Shown here: one piece after another, positions 50,261 to 60,689 of the stretch
Layout: the number at the start of each line of letters is the position of its first letter
Numbering within the stretch: position 1 is the first letter of the stretch
Origin: an uncultured Chthonomonadaceae bacterium
Lineage (GTDB): Bacteria; Armatimonadota; Chthonomonadetes; Chthonomonadales; Chthonomonadaceae
Assembly: GCA_963817895.1 (NCBI GenBank)
Contig: CAWFQB010000005.1
Location: 768,001 to 832,000 of the forward strand
Direction: 5' to 3'
Length of the DNA stretch: 64,000 bases
Program-made: the position numbers and the translations under genes
The notes under the pieces: generated by a model
What the model saw: only the letters and a program-made list of their open reading frames with translations
Told to the model about the DNA's origin: nothing
Databases searched by the model: none

Positions 50261-51766
50261 CTATCCGTCCCATTGTTGAACATCAATTTGCGCGCGTACC
50301 AGTTCCGCGCTTTCGCTGTAATTCACGTACATGCTTTTCCACTCGGTGCAATAGTCCATTGCCATCCACCCCGCCTCCCTGTGACCGTTTCCGGTCTGTT
50401 TGATGCCGCCGAACGGAAGCTGAATCTCGGCCCCGCTCGTTGGCAGATTGATGTAAACAATGCCCGCGTCCAGTTCATTCATGGCGCGGAACGCGCGGTT
50501 TACGTCGCGCGTGTACAGCGATAAAGACAAGCCGTACTGCGTGGCGTTCGCCGCCCGCAGGGCTTCGTCAAGGCTGCCCACTTCGATAAGAGCCGTCACC
50601 GGCCCGAAAATCTCTTCCTGCGCCACCCGCATATTCAGGGTCACGTTGTCCAATACCGTCGGCGCGTAAAAACAACCCGGCGCGAATTCGCCCTCATCCA
50701 GAACGCGCCCGCCCGTAAGAACCTGCGCGCCTTCCGCTTTGCCGATCTCCACATAGCCGTGTATCCGCTCCAACTGCCGCCGATTGACGACCGGGCCGAT
50801 TTCCGCGTGGGGGTCCAGTCCCGCGCCCATGCGCAGCGCGTTCGTTCGGTCTACAAGTTCGTTTCGGAACTTTGGCATCACATCTTTATGGATAATCAGC
50901 CGACTCGCCGCCGTGCAGCGTTGCCCTGCCGTTCCGAACGCGCTCCACAACGCGCCTTTGAGAGCCAGTTCCAGATTCGCGTCGTCCAGAACCACAATCG
51001 CGTTCTTGCCGCCCAACTCGCAACTGACGCGCTTCATCAAATGCCCGCACCGTCCCGCGATCTGCCTGCCGACAGCCGTAGAACCCGTGAATGAGATTGT
51101 GGACACGTCCGGGTGTTCCACCAGCGCGGCTCCGGCCTCGTTTCCATAGCCGGTTACGATGTTGACGACTCCCGGCGGCACTCCGGCTTCAATCAGCAGT
51201 TCGACAAACGTAACCGCCAGTCCGGGCGTATCTTCGGCGGGCTTGAAGACGACCGTATTGCCCGCCATCAGCGCGGGAAACATCTTCCAGCTTGGTATGG
51301 CAATCGGGAAATTCCACGGCGTAATCAGTCCCACCACGCCAACCGGAACCCGCTGCGCCGCGCAGTATACGTCTTCCCGTTCGCTTGGAACCAGACTGCC
51401 ATTGGGCAGCCGCCCGAACGCGGCCATGTAGAACGCCATGTCAATGGCTTCTTGCACATCGCCCCGCGCCTCCACCAGCACCTTGCCCATCTCGCGTACC
51501 ATCTGCGCGGCAAGTTCTTCCTTGCGCGTTTCCATCAGCCGCCCCATGCGCGTCAAAATCGCCCCACGAGAGGGAGCCGGAGTTTTCCGCCACGCCACAT
51601 ACGCTTCCCGCGCCGCCTGTACCGCCGCGTCCACATCCACCGCCTGCGACCGCGCATACACGCCGATCACTTCCGAAACATTGGCCGGGTTGCGCGATTC
51701 AAACGTTTGCCCAGACACCGCGCCCTGCCATACCCCCGCTATGTAATTGCTGTTGCCCTGCTGCAT
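50261..51766 (-). CDS. Aldehyde dehydrogenase
   Basis: ITPWNFP, FTGST, ELGGKN, GQRCTA, EEIFGPV, PFGG. Confidence 0.95.
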   Translation of the reverse strand: MQQGNSNYIAGVWQGAVSGQTFESRNPANVSEVIGVYARSQAVDVDAAVQAAREAYVAWRKTPAPSRGAILTRMGRLMETRKEELAAQMVREMGKVLVEARGDVQEAIDMAFYMAAFGRLPNGSLVPSEREDVYCAAQRVPVGVVGLITPWNFPIAIPSWKMFPALMAGNTVVFKPAEDTPGLAVTFVELLIEAGVPPGVVNIVTGYGNEAGAALVEHPDVSTISFTGSTAVGRQIAGRCGHLMKRVSCELGGKNAIVVLDDANLELALKGALWSAFGTAGQRCTAASRLIIHKDVMPKFRNELVDRTNALRMGAGLDPHAEIGPVVNRRQLERIHGYVEIGKAEGAQVLTGGRVLDEGEFAPGCFYAPTVLDNVTLNMRVAQEEIFGPVTALIEVGSLDEALRAANATQYGLSLSLYTRDVNRAFRAMNELDAGIVYINLPTSGAEIQLPFGGIKQTGNGHREAGWMAMDYCTEWKSMYVNYSESAELVRAQIDVQQWDG

Positions 51767-51787
51767 AATCGTACTCCAATGCGAACT

Positions 51788-52019
51788 AACCACCCGCTAC
51801 GCTAGAGACACAGAGGCACAGAGGAAAAGCCAATGCGAAAGGAACAAGGAGAGATAATTCGAGATACAAGATACGAGAAGAGGTGATTACAAGCCTGACT
51901 CATCTCTTTGAAATCCTGTTTAATCCTGAAAATCCTGTTAATCCTGTCTATTCTCCTCTTTTCTTCTTTTCTCTATGTTCCCTCTCTGTGTCTCTGTGTC
52001 TCTAGCGTAGCGGGTGGTT
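51788..52019. repeat. Composite inverted repeat with nested nonamer arrays
   Basis: aaccacccgctacgctagagacacagag ... ctctgtgtctctagcgtagcgggtggtt, enclosing (aatcctg)x4 and gagatac units. Confidence 0.85.
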
Positions 52020-53358
52020 AGTTCGTATTCCTCGCGTCCGTTTTAAGGATGATGTCACTGACGCCGGTTTTGTTGAAGCCTTTGAAGCCTTCCCAACGCT
52101 GCAATATTTCCAGATGGCTGCCTGCCGCGCCCTGCGCGCGAAATTTATCGGCCTGTTTCGGCGTGATGCTGCCCATGTCGAGCAGAACTTGCAGGCGGTC
52201 AGGGGCGACGGGCCAGAGTTCGGGTTGGGTGAACGCCTGTTTGAGCATGGGCAGGTCGGTGAAGGGCGACATCACGCCGAAGCCCGCTGATTCCAGATTG
52301 GCCTGTACCTGCGCGTAATCGAATTCGGCTTCCAGATGGTGCATCCCGGCTTGCGCGATGCTGCTGCCGTGAAGAGCGCACCACAGCCCGATCGTTCCCA
52401 AGATGCGGCGCGGCGGCAGGTCTTCACTCGCGAAATCAATGTCGAGTTCTTCCGGCGACATGTCCACATCCGCGAAAATCACCACGCGGCTGACGGGATG
52501 TTCCAGAATCTGCGCTCCCCAACCGGCCTCCGCGCCCGCGTAAAACCGTTCGCGCATCTCAAAGCCGAGCGTCAAAAACAACTGCATCAGGGGCCGGAAC
52601 AACTCGCGGGAACTGCGATAGGTGTGGTGGTCGTGGTTAGCCCAGCCGATGCCAAGTTGCTGTTGCTGGTCGAACTGCCAGAGGGCGGCCTTATTGCGGC
52701 TCATGTAGAAACTGCGTTCCATCTGAAAGAATATGTCTGTTGTGAGATCACAGCCTAACTCAGCAATCGTCGCCGTAATCAAGCGTTGAGTATGCGCAAG
52801 AACATTATCTTCTGCGCCGCAACGATTGCGCTCCATGATGTTGACAACGACGGAAAAAAACGCTTTGCGCTGCAAGTCGTTTATCTGTTGCGGCTGAAAG
52901 CCGTTATAGCCGCGTCGCTCGACAGCGGCCAGTTCTCCCAATGGCTGATGAATGACACTCTCTCGATAACCGCTGTATGGGACGCCTTCAATTTTCTCTG
53001 TGCTGAGAGAGTAAGTATTGAGGAACTGGTCAACATGCTCAACCAGCAGGGCAAGGCGCGGCTGTTTCTGTTCTCTGGCGAGGCGGACGCGGGGAAAGCG
53101 GGCTTGCGGATGTTCCCAAACCGCTTCGCCGTCAATTGTGGTTTCGACAAGGCCACAGGCGCGGAGTTCGTTGGCGAGTTCGTCAGATGCGGGCAGAAGC
53201 CAGTGATCCACAAGGTTGTAAATGTGAACGCCCACTTCGCACTGTAGACGGGCGGCAAACTGCTCCACAAAAGGGTTCAGCGCCGCGAATTCGCGCAGTT
53301 GCCGCGCAAAGAACGCTTCGGCTTCAGGACAGCGGGGCCAGACATGAGGTATGTTCAT
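52018..53358 (-). CDS. VOC-fold metalloenzyme, possibly a divergent DUF1338/HglS-type 2-oxoadipate dioxygenase/decarboxylase
   Basis: NHDHHTYRSS, MHHLEAEF, LKQAFT and HLEILQR..GFKGF..SDIILKT parallel DUF1338 motifs; CAGGAG RBS. Confidence 0.55.
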   Translation of the reverse strand: MNIPHVWPRCPEAEAFFARQLREFAALNPFVEQFAARLQCEVGVHIYNLVDHWLLPASDELANELRACGLVETTIDGEAVWEHPQARFPRVRLAREQKQPRLALLVEHVDQFLNTYSLSTEKIEGVPYSGYRESVIHQPLGELAAVERRGYNGFQPQQINDLQRKAFFSVVVNIMERNRCGAEDNVLAHTQRLITATIAELGCDLTTDIFFQMERSFYMSRNKAALWQFDQQQQLGIGWANHDHHTYRSSRELFRPLMQLFLTLGFEMRERFYAGAEAGWGAQILEHPVSRVVIFADVDMSPEELDIDFASEDLPPRRILGTIGLWCALHGSSIAQAGMHHLEAEFDYAQVQANLESAGFGVMSPFTDLPMLKQAFTQPELWPVAPDRLQVLLDMGSITPKQADKFRAQGAAGSHLEILQRWEGFKGFNKTGVSDIILKTDARNTN

Positions 53359-53461
53359 AGGTTTCGTACTCCTGCAATGAGCAACCGATGGGCTGTAACG
53401 CGCGTAACTAATGGAAGGATGGCGTTTACCGGCCTCCAATGATATTTAACAAGGATAACGA

Positions 53462-55471
53462 GTGAACAACACAGTTACGGGCCGGACGCGCAAAAGCAGG
53501 TTTCCGGCAAAATGGCTCGGTACAGGCGCGTTTGCGTTGACGATTGGGATTGTATGGCTATCCGCCAACATTTCTGCGCAGCAAACCCCAGTCCACGAGC
53601 CGCGCAAAGCCTCGCCGCGTTACGTTCGGCATGGTCAGGCAATCGCGCCAACCGCGCTGACCACACTGTTGCGGCAGGCAACGCAGGCTGTCAATGCGCG
53701 GGATGGGGACGCGCTCAAGCCCCTTGTCGCGCCGGAATCCCTGTCTTCCTTCGGTTGGATGCGCGAAAAGACGACCAAGCATTGGACGGACGAAGTTCTG
53801 GTGTTACCCGATCCCGGCGCGCGTTTTGCCCGCAATGCCTCGGCGTATGCGCCCGCTTCTTCCGCTTTATTATACCTTGCCATTTTCCATGCGTGGCATA
53901 CCTGCGAAAGCGATGGCGACCATATTCATCGTATCGAACCGGGCGAAAATGGCGGATGGAAGTTGGGTACAGAAATACCGGAAACGGAAACCGGAGGCTA
54001 TCGGGTTCGCGACCACGATTTGACCGTGACTATTGACCCCGCGCAGCATACCACGGCTATCAAAGATACGATCCGGGTGGAAGTATCGGGGACGCCCCTG
54101 CTGCCGGTTTGCCTGCTGCGCCTGTCCGATGATTTTAAGGTCAGTTCGCTGACGAGCAAAAACGCTCCTGTTGCGTATGCGCAGGCCGGGGGCGTGATTG
54201 CCGTTGCGCCGCCTATGCTGGACGCGAATCACGCCTTTCCGCTCACGATGACCTACAGCGGACACGTATTGCATCAAGGTTCGGATTACATCAACACGCA
54301 GGAGGCTACGCTCAACTCGTACTGGTATCCGCATATCGCCCGCCTGCCCGCCACGTCTACGGTCACGGCAACCGCACCGCCCCATTGGACTCCCATTGCG
54401 CAGGGCGAGAAAAAGCAGGAAAAGCGCGGGGGTGATGGTTCGCTCACCGTCACGTACCGCAACGATGTGCCGAACAGTTTCTTCACGATTGACATGGGGC
54501 CATACACGGCTTATCCGCGCAAAGCGGCAGGGCGAACGCTGACCGTTTACCTGCTGCTGCCCAATCCGAATCTGGCAAAGCGCAGTTTGGACCTGCTGGA
54601 GAAATCGCTGTCCTTTTACGATATGGAGTTTGCTCCCTTCCCCTATACGCATTATGAGGTCGTGGAAACGCGGGGGCCGTTCGGCGGCGCATTGGAAGCG
54701 TATTCGTTCGCGACGTTCGGGGAGGGAACCCTGCCGTCCGAACTTCCGCATGAATTATCGCATACGTGGTGGGGCGGGCTGATTCCCTGCGCGTACACCC
54801 GCTCGATGTGGAACGAATCCTTTGCGCAGTATTCGCAGGAATTGTTTGCGCGTCTGAACCCTCAAATGGCGAACGAGATTGATGTGGATAAACTGCGACC
54901 GGCGGGGAAGCGGCGCAGTTTCGGCAATGCGTTCGAGGGCGCGACAATGGAAAACGCCCACGATACCAGTGACAACGCGCAAAACGCGGTAGGGTATAGC
55001 AAGGGCGCGTTCGTGTTGCGCGTGTTGGAGGAACAAATCGGGCGGGAGAAAATGCGCGAAAGCATCAAAAACTTTTTAGCCGCGCATCCGAAAGGCGAAG
55101 CGGCAGAATGGCCGGAATTTGAACGCGCCGTCCACAAAACAACCGGACTGGATTATGGCTGGTTTTTCGACCAGTGGACAAAGCGGACGGGACTGCCGCA
55201 TATTCGGCTCGCCAATGTCGCCAGCAGGCGAAGCGGAAACGGCTACGTCGTGGAGGGCGACATTGATCAGGAGGGCGAACCGTACCGCCTGCGCGTTCCC
55301 CTGCGCCTGCAAACCGGAAACGAAAAATCGCTGAATGAAAATCTGGAGGTTTCCGGAAAGCAGACCCACTTTCAACTGAATACGCCAAACCAACCCACTC
55401 GCCTGACGCTTGACCCGGAAAATATCCTGCCACTCTCGACAACGGCGGAACAGGCCAGCGTTGGGTTCTGA
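53462..55471 (+). CDS. Secreted M1 family aminopeptidase
   Basis: GGALE, HELSHTWW, NESFAQY, YSKGAFVL; signal peptide. Confidence 0.9.
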   Translation: MNNTVTGRTRKSRFPAKWLGTGAFALTIGIVWLSANISAQQTPVHEPRKASPRYVRHGQAIAPTALTTLLRQATQAVNARDGDALKPLVAPESLSSFGWMREKTTKHWTDEVLVLPDPGARFARNASAYAPASSALLYLAIFHAWHTCESDGDHIHRIEPGENGGWKLGTEIPETETGGYRVRDHDLTVTIDPAQHTTAIKDTIRVEVSGTPLLPVCLLRLSDDFKVSSLTSKNAPVAYAQAGGVIAVAPPMLDANHAFPLTMTYSGHVLHQGSDYINTQEATLNSYWYPHIARLPATSTVTATAPPHWTPIAQGEKKQEKRGGDGSLTVTYRNDVPNSFFTIDMGPYTAYPRKAAGRTLTVYLLLPNPNLAKRSLDLLEKSLSFYDMEFAPFPYTHYEVVETRGPFGGALEAYSFATFGEGTLPSELPHELSHTWWGGLIPCAYTRSMWNESFAQYSQELFARLNPQMANEIDVDKLRPAGKRRSFGNAFEGATMENAHDTSDNAQNAVGYSKGAFVLRVLEEQIGREKMRESIKNFLAAHPKGEAAEWPEFERAVHKTTGLDYGWFFDQWTKRTGLPHIRLANVASRRSGNGYVVEGDIDQEGEPYRLRVPLRLQTGNEKSLNENLEVSGKQTHFQLNTPNQPTRLTLDPENILPLSTTAEQASVGF

Positions 55472-55508
55472 GCAGGCGCGCCGTTACCCGGTTTGTTGAA
55501 GATAGATT

Positions 55509-56093
55509 CTAAGGCGTGTTGGCAGCGGTTCGCGTTGTGATGGAAGCGCGGGACAGTTGCAGCGTGAAAAAGGCGGCGCGTTCCGGCGGGATAGCGGCCA
55601 GCACTTCGCCTACCTTTTTCTCGTCCATGCGGCGCAGCAGGGCAATGATTTGCGGGTCCGGCATTTTGACGAAAATCTTCACGATATTGTCTGCCGACAT
55701 CTGCTCATAAATGGACGCCAGTCGCGCCACCTCTTTCGGGTCTGCGGACGGCGCGGCGGTTGTGTCCTGTTTCGCCTTGTCCGCTTTGGCCTGCTCTTCC
55801 AGTTTTGTTTGCGCCTGTTTTTGCGCTTCCCAATCCGCGCGCTCTTTTTGCAGCGAGTCGCGCTGCGCGTTCAACGCCTGCTGTTCCGGCGACACGACCG
55901 GGACACCGACCGCCGGTTTCGCCGGAGGAACTTTATACAGCCCCAACGGCATCAGAACGCGGGCAAGGGCGGCACTTTTCTCGCCCATCTTCTGCGCGGG
56001 GATGATCTGCGCCTTCGCCAGTCCGTACCCAATTCCCACCGCCAGTGCCAGCGGCACAACCATGAACAGAACTATTTTTAAGCCTTTGGACAT
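55509..56093 (-). CDS. MotE/YlxF-like flagellar protein (MgtE-N-like domain)
   Basis: TM helix, coiled coil, LASIYEQMS..EVLAAIPPERAA; lies downstream of fliJ. Confidence 0.75.
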   Translation of the reverse strand: MSKGLKIVLFMVVPLALAVGIGYGLAKAQIIPAQKMGEKSAALARVLMPLGLYKVPPAKPAVGVPVVSPEQQALNAQRDSLQKERADWEAQKQAQTKLEEQAKADKAKQDTTAAPSADPKEVARLASIYEQMSADNIVKIFVKMPDPQIIALLRRMDEKKVGEVLAAIPPERAAFFTLQLSRASITTRTAANTP

Positions 56094-56102
56094 TGTTTCT
56101 CT

Positions 56103-56732
56103 CTACTTCTTCTCAACCATTCCCATAATCCGCTTCACATACTGCTGAGTTTCGGCGTAGGGGGGGATGCCATTGTACTTTTTCACCGCGCCGGAACCGG
56201 CGTTGTAGGCGGCGAGGGCGAGGGGCGTGTCCCCTTTGTACTGTTTGAGCAGGCCGGACAGCAGGCGCGTACCCGCCGCAATGTTCTGCTCCGGGTCGAA
56301 CGGATCGGTAACGCCGAGTTCGTGTATCTCTTCGGGCATGAGCTGCATCAGTCCGCGCGCGCCCGCATGGGAAACGTCGTGGGGGTTGCCGTCCGATTCC
56401 TGCCGAATCACCGCCCGTACCAGTTCGGGTGGCAATCCGTTTTGCCCCGCGTGTTTGGCGATCAGAGCTTCGATATAGGGCGCGAAGGGCGGGCCGCCAT
56501 TGCCCGTCGGCTGTAGGGTCAGGCTGCCGTTCGCCTGCGCCAACTGTAAATTGAAGGGCTGCTGTATCGCGCCTGCCTTTGTGCCGGGCAGAGTTCCCGC
56601 TGGTCCCAAACCGGGCAGGGGCGTCCCAATAGCGGCAGTCTTAGCGGGAACGGGCGGAGGCAACGGATCGGCAAACATGCCCAACTTCGCCTGTATGTCC
56701 TGAATTCGCGCAAGGGTCGCTTCATAACTCAT
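56103..56732 (-). CDS. Lytic transglycosylase (SLT domain)
   Basis: AVIRQES, GARGLMQLMP, ALAAYNAG, PPYAETQQYV. Confidence 0.92.
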   Translation of the reverse strand: MSYEATLARIQDIQAKLGMFADPLPPPVPAKTAAIGTPLPGLGPAGTLPGTKAGAIQQPFNLQLAQANGSLTLQPTGNGGPPFAPYIEALIAKHAGQNGLPPELVRAVIRQESDGNPHDVSHAGARGLMQLMPEEIHELGVTDPFDPEQNIAAGTRLLSGLLKQYKGDTPLALAAYNAGSGAVKKYNGIPPYAETQQYVKRIMGMVEKK

Positions 56733-56751
56733 AATCGCTTTTCCTCATGTT

Positions 56752-57195
56752 TTAAGCCGCCCGGATATAACGTATCGTGGCAAGTTCGTCCAGCGTTTCC
56801 TGCTCTGATTTTTGCGCTTCTTCCGTATGCAGAACAAGGTCTTTTTCGCGCAATTGCGTCACGGCTTGCCGCGCTTGCCGCGCCAGAAGCATCGCCTGCC
56901 GGGTCTCTTCCGCTACAATTTGGGCCGCTTCCACGCGCCGCGTTTGCTGTTCGATAGCCGCCTGTAGGGTCAGCAGATAGCGTTCGCGGTCGAAAATTAG
57001 ATGCGCGTCGAACGCCTCTCCCACTTTGCCCGGACGCCCCGCCACAATTCGCGCGAACTCGTCTTCCAGTCCCGCCAATCGAATTTTTAGCGTCTGCCAG
57101 TTGCCCTGCGCGTTGGCAAACTCCTGTTCACGCAGGGTTTCCAGCGTTTCGCGATGCCGCAACACAGTTTCCAGTCGAAAGGTAAATCGGCGCAT
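56752..57195 (-). CDS. fliJ: Flagellar export protein FliJ
   Basis: MRRFTFRLETVL, EQETLDELA; follows fliI. Confidence 0.88.
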   Translation of the reverse strand: MRRFTFRLETVLRHRETLETLREQEFANAQGNWQTLKIRLAGLEDEFARIVAGRPGKVGEAFDAHLIFDRERYLLTLQAAIEQQTRRVEAAQIVAEETRQAMLLARQARQAVTQLREKDLVLHTEEAQKSEQETLDELATIRYIRAA

Positions 57196-57207
57196 GGCGC
57201 TCCGAAG

Positions 57208-57280
57208 CAGGAAAAAGGAAAAAGGAAAAAGGAGAAAGTGACTGGTTACAGACTTTTTCCCTTCTCCTTTTTCCTTTTTC
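57208..57280. repeat. Heptamer inverted repeat (GGAAAAA)n / (TTTTTCC)n
   Basis: ggaaaaaggaaaaaggaaaaaggagaaag ... ctttttcccttctcctttttcctttttcc. Confidence 0.85.
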
Positions 57281-58658
57281 CTAACTTGTGAATTGCGTCA
57301 GCAGCGTCCGCAGCGTGTCCATATACGAACTCGGCGCGTCGGCGGGCTGGCGCAGGAAGGCGTTGGCGTGGTCTATTTTGGCTTTGGCGTGGTCTATGCG
57401 AGGGTTACTGCCGTCCACGTATGCGCCGATGTTGATAAGGTCTTCCGCCTGTTTGTAGGTGGCGAGAATGTCGCGCAGGCCGTCTGAGGCTTGTCGCTGT
57501 TCGGGGGACGTGATGGCGGGCATGACGCGGCTGATACTTTGCAGCACGTCCAGAGCGGGGTAGTGTCCCCGATGCGCAAGATGGCGGGACAGGACAATAT
57601 GCCCGTCCAGAATACCGCGCACTGCATCGGCAACGGGTTCGTTCATGTCGTCGCCCTCCACCAGAACCGTATACAGGCCCGTGATGCTTCCCAGCCCGGT
57701 TCCCGACGTTCCCGCGCGTTCAAGGAGGCGTGGCAGCATGGCGAACACGCTCGGAGTATAGCCGCGCGTGGCGGGCGGCTCGCCAATGGCAAGTCCCACT
57801 TCGCGCTGCGCCATCGCGAGACGAGTGACGGAGTCCATCATCAGCATTACATCCAAGCCCTGATCGCGGAAATATTCGGCAATCGCGGTGGCGACAAGCG
57901 GGGCTTTGATACGCACAAGGGCGGGCTGATCCGAGGTGGCGACTACGACAACCGACCGCTGTACGCCCTCGACTCCCAGAACTCTCCTCGACAAAATCCC
58001 GCACTTCGCGCCCGCGTTCACCCACAAGCGCGATCACGTTCACGTCCGCGCTGGAACTGCGGGCAATCATGCCCATCAGCGTAGATTTGCCGACGCCCGA
58101 ACCGGCGAAAATGCCCATGCGCTGCCCCTTGCCGATTGTCAGGCAGCCATCCAGAGCGCGGACGCCGGTTGACAGCGGTTCGGTGATGCGGGGGCGCGTG
58201 ACGGCATTGGGCGGCGGGGCATTGACGGGGTAATACTGGTTCAATTCGAGAGGCGGGCCGCCATCCATTGGCTGTCCCAACCCGTCCAGCATCCTGCCGA
58301 GCAGGACATTGCCGACGGGAACCTGCTGCGTTTGCCGCGTGGCAACCACTTCACTGCCCGGCTTGATGCCCTCCATCACGCCGAGCGGCATAAGCAGAAC
58401 CCGATTTTCCCGAAACCCAACGACTTCGGCTTTAATCGGCGGCCTTGTCGGGTCATAATGGTTGGCGCGGTCATAATAAATCTGGCAGATTTCCCCAAGC
58501 GCGGCGTTCGGCCCGCTGGATTCAATCACCAGCCCGATAACCTGCGTCACCTTGCCGTTCTGCTTGACCAGATCAGTGCGCAACACGCGCTGGCGTATGC
58601 GTTCCAGATCAACAACGGGTGGCAATATGGGGGGAAAATCAAGAGAGGAAGGGTTCAT
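57281..58658 (-). CDS. fliI: Flagellum-specific ATPase FliI; frameshift near 57980
   Basis: GQRMGIFAGSGVGKST, ALVGERGREV, MDSVTRLAMAQRE, GEPPATRGY, LLERAG, RGILDGHIVLSR. Confidence 0.93.
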
Positions 58659-58758
58659 ACATTCATTATCGGGAAATGAGAAGCGGCTTTGCAGGAAAAT
58701 AAGGGCGTGTAATTCGAAGCAGAACTACTGTGCCAATAGACAGCACAAAAAGAACGAT

Positions 58759-59224
58759 GTAGGGGCGCTGCTTGCTGCGCCTTTGTATCAGGATTGCGCC
58801 TTTGTTTGAGGAGGGTTCAGCAAGCAGAACCCCTACTTGTACCTTATTCTTCTACCTTTTACAACTTGAACGTTTTATTCTGAAACGCAGCAAACAAGCG
58901 TTCCGGACAGCGTTGTAAGTCTATCCAGTTGTGTCAGGGAATATCTCCTATTGCGTCCTGCTGAATAGATGACTTGCCTTCTTCTATCCGAAGCAGCGAC
59001 AACAACCTTTAGGATGCCACAAAGGAGGCAAGTCATTATGTCTCGCGCTGTAGCTGATCGTGGTGACAATCAATACCTGATACTACTCATCGTTCAGGCC
59101 CGACTACTAAACTACAGTCGTACCATCCAGAGGGGAAGGGCGCAGCAAGCAACGTCCCTACGTTGCGAAATTGTAACGCCATTCATTTTGTAGGGGCGCT
59201 GCTCGCTGCGCCCTTCCCCTCTGG
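58759..59224. repeat. GTAG-type REP palindromes flanking the RAYT gene (58759-58836 and 59127-59224; further copy at 59839-59864)
   Basis: gtaggggcgctgcttgctgcgcc and complementary ...cagcaagcagaacccctac units in inverted pairs. Confidence 0.85.
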
Positions 59225-59287
59225 GCCCTTTGCTGCTCGTTGCGCCCTTTACTTTAACGATTGTTGTCCCGCTTTGGAAAATTGACG

Positions 59288-59790
59288 ATGCGCTACGATC
59301 CTGACCGCCATCATCGCCGTTCCCTTCGACTGCAAGGGTACGACTATTCGCAACAGGGAGCCTATTTCGTCACGGTTTGCGTTCATAACCGCGAATGTCT
59401 GCTGGCGAAATCGGCAATGGAACTGTCGTTCTCTCGAAAGTCGGTCAGGCCGTCGAACAGGCGTGGCAGGAGATTGCGGAACGGTTTTCCTATGTGGCTT
59501 TGGACGAATACGTTCTCATGCCTAACCACCTGCACGGCCTTCTCGTTTTTACCGAACCCAACAAGGCAACCGCGTCTGGCAAGGCAACATTGGGCAAGGT
59601 TCTTCGCGCATTCAAGTCGCTTTCAGCGATACAGGCCAATCGGCTGTTAGACCGCGCGGAACAACCCTTTTGGCAGCGTAACTATTACGAACGTATTGTC
59701 CGAAACGAGCTGGAGATGGAGCAAACGCGCATCTACATCCGCAACAATCCTCTGCAATGGGCAACAGATGCAGAAAACCCGATGCAAGAT
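59288..59790 (+). mobile_element. REP-associated tyrosine transposase (RAYT, IS200/IS605 Y1 family); frameshift near 59400; no stop before the next gene; end approximate
   Basis: RRSLRLQGYDYSQQGAYFVTVC, HUH motif MPNHLHG, FWQRNYYERIVR, YIRNNP. Confidence 0.9.
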
Positions 59791-59904
59791 GCGCCCTGTA
59801 TTTGTAACGTTTGTCTTGCAAAAGGGGGGCAGCAAAAAGAGGGTTCAGCAAGCAGAACTCCGACGCCTTGTTCTCTATGTATTTATAGAAAGGAGGGTGT
59901 TGCA

Positions 59905-60534
59905 ATGGCCTACCGCGATTTCACCCTCCCGGCACTGATCCGGCAGTTCAGCCTGACCATAGATGAAACGACCGACCTTTTTGCCGATGTGCCGGAAACA
60001 CCCCTGCGCCCGGAGTTTCAAGCGCGGCTCGGCATTATGGTTCCCCTTGCCCTCACGAATTCGACCGAAAAGGCGCGTTCCGAGTTCATCATCGCGCCCG
60101 TTCTACTGGAACTCTGGCTGCTCAAAAATCGCGAGGTCGGGCTGCTTTCCGGCGTGGAGTTCAACATAGATAGGGCGCAGGGGCTAGAGGGTGTCTGTGA
60201 TTACATCATCACCCGCTTCCCCAAACAACTTTTCATCAAGGCGCCGGTTCTGGTGGTCGTGGAGGCGAAGAACGAGGACATGAAGAAAGGCTACGCGCAG
60301 TGCGGCGCGGAACTAATTGCGGCGCAGCAGTTCAATGAGCGGGAAGGCACGACAACCGAGCGTCTCTATGGTGTAGTGACTATCGGAGAGTTATGGCGGT
60401 TCATGGAGTTGGAAGGCACAACGCTACGGCTCGATTCGCGCAGTTACCACATTGATCGCCTGCCCAAGATCATGGGTATTCTCCTGTGCCTGACCGGAAT
60501 GTACCCGTCAACAGAGAGCGCAACACAATCCTGA
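59905..60534 (+). CDS. PD-(D/E)XK / restriction-endonuclease-like hypothetical protein
   Basis: AGGAGG RBS; EKARSEFIIAP, GVCDYII, VVVEAK, AQCGAELIAAQ. Confidence 0.75.
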   Translation: MAYRDFTLPALIRQFSLTIDETTDLFADVPETPLRPEFQARLGIMVPLALTNSTEKARSEFIIAPVLLELWLLKNREVGLLSGVEFNIDRAQGLEGVCDYIITRFPKQLFIKAPVLVVVEAKNEDMKKGYAQCGAELIAAQQFNEREGTTTERLYGVVTIGELWRFMELEGTTLRLDSRSYHIDRLPKIMGILLCLTGMYPSTESATQS

Positions 60535-60659
60535 ATGTAGCAACAGGGTGTCGGGTATCAGGTTGAGCCGTCTGGCGCGATCCGGCAGAAGCATTGACGC
60601 GCGGTTCGTTCGTTTAATCTGTAGCAGCAACACCGTCTGCGCAAAATTGCGCAATGCAG

Positions 60660-60689
60660 TTGACAGAGTGGCAAACCATGCGGTATATT
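60660..60689 (+). promoter_or_regulatory. Sigma-70 promoter of the str operon
   Basis: TTGACA-N18-TATATT about 255 nt upstream of rpsL. Confidence 0.7.

Noticed and set aside
58715..58740. Sigma-54 site upstream of fliI (TGGCAC on the minus strand)
   Set aside because: GG-to-GC spacing is off by two bases
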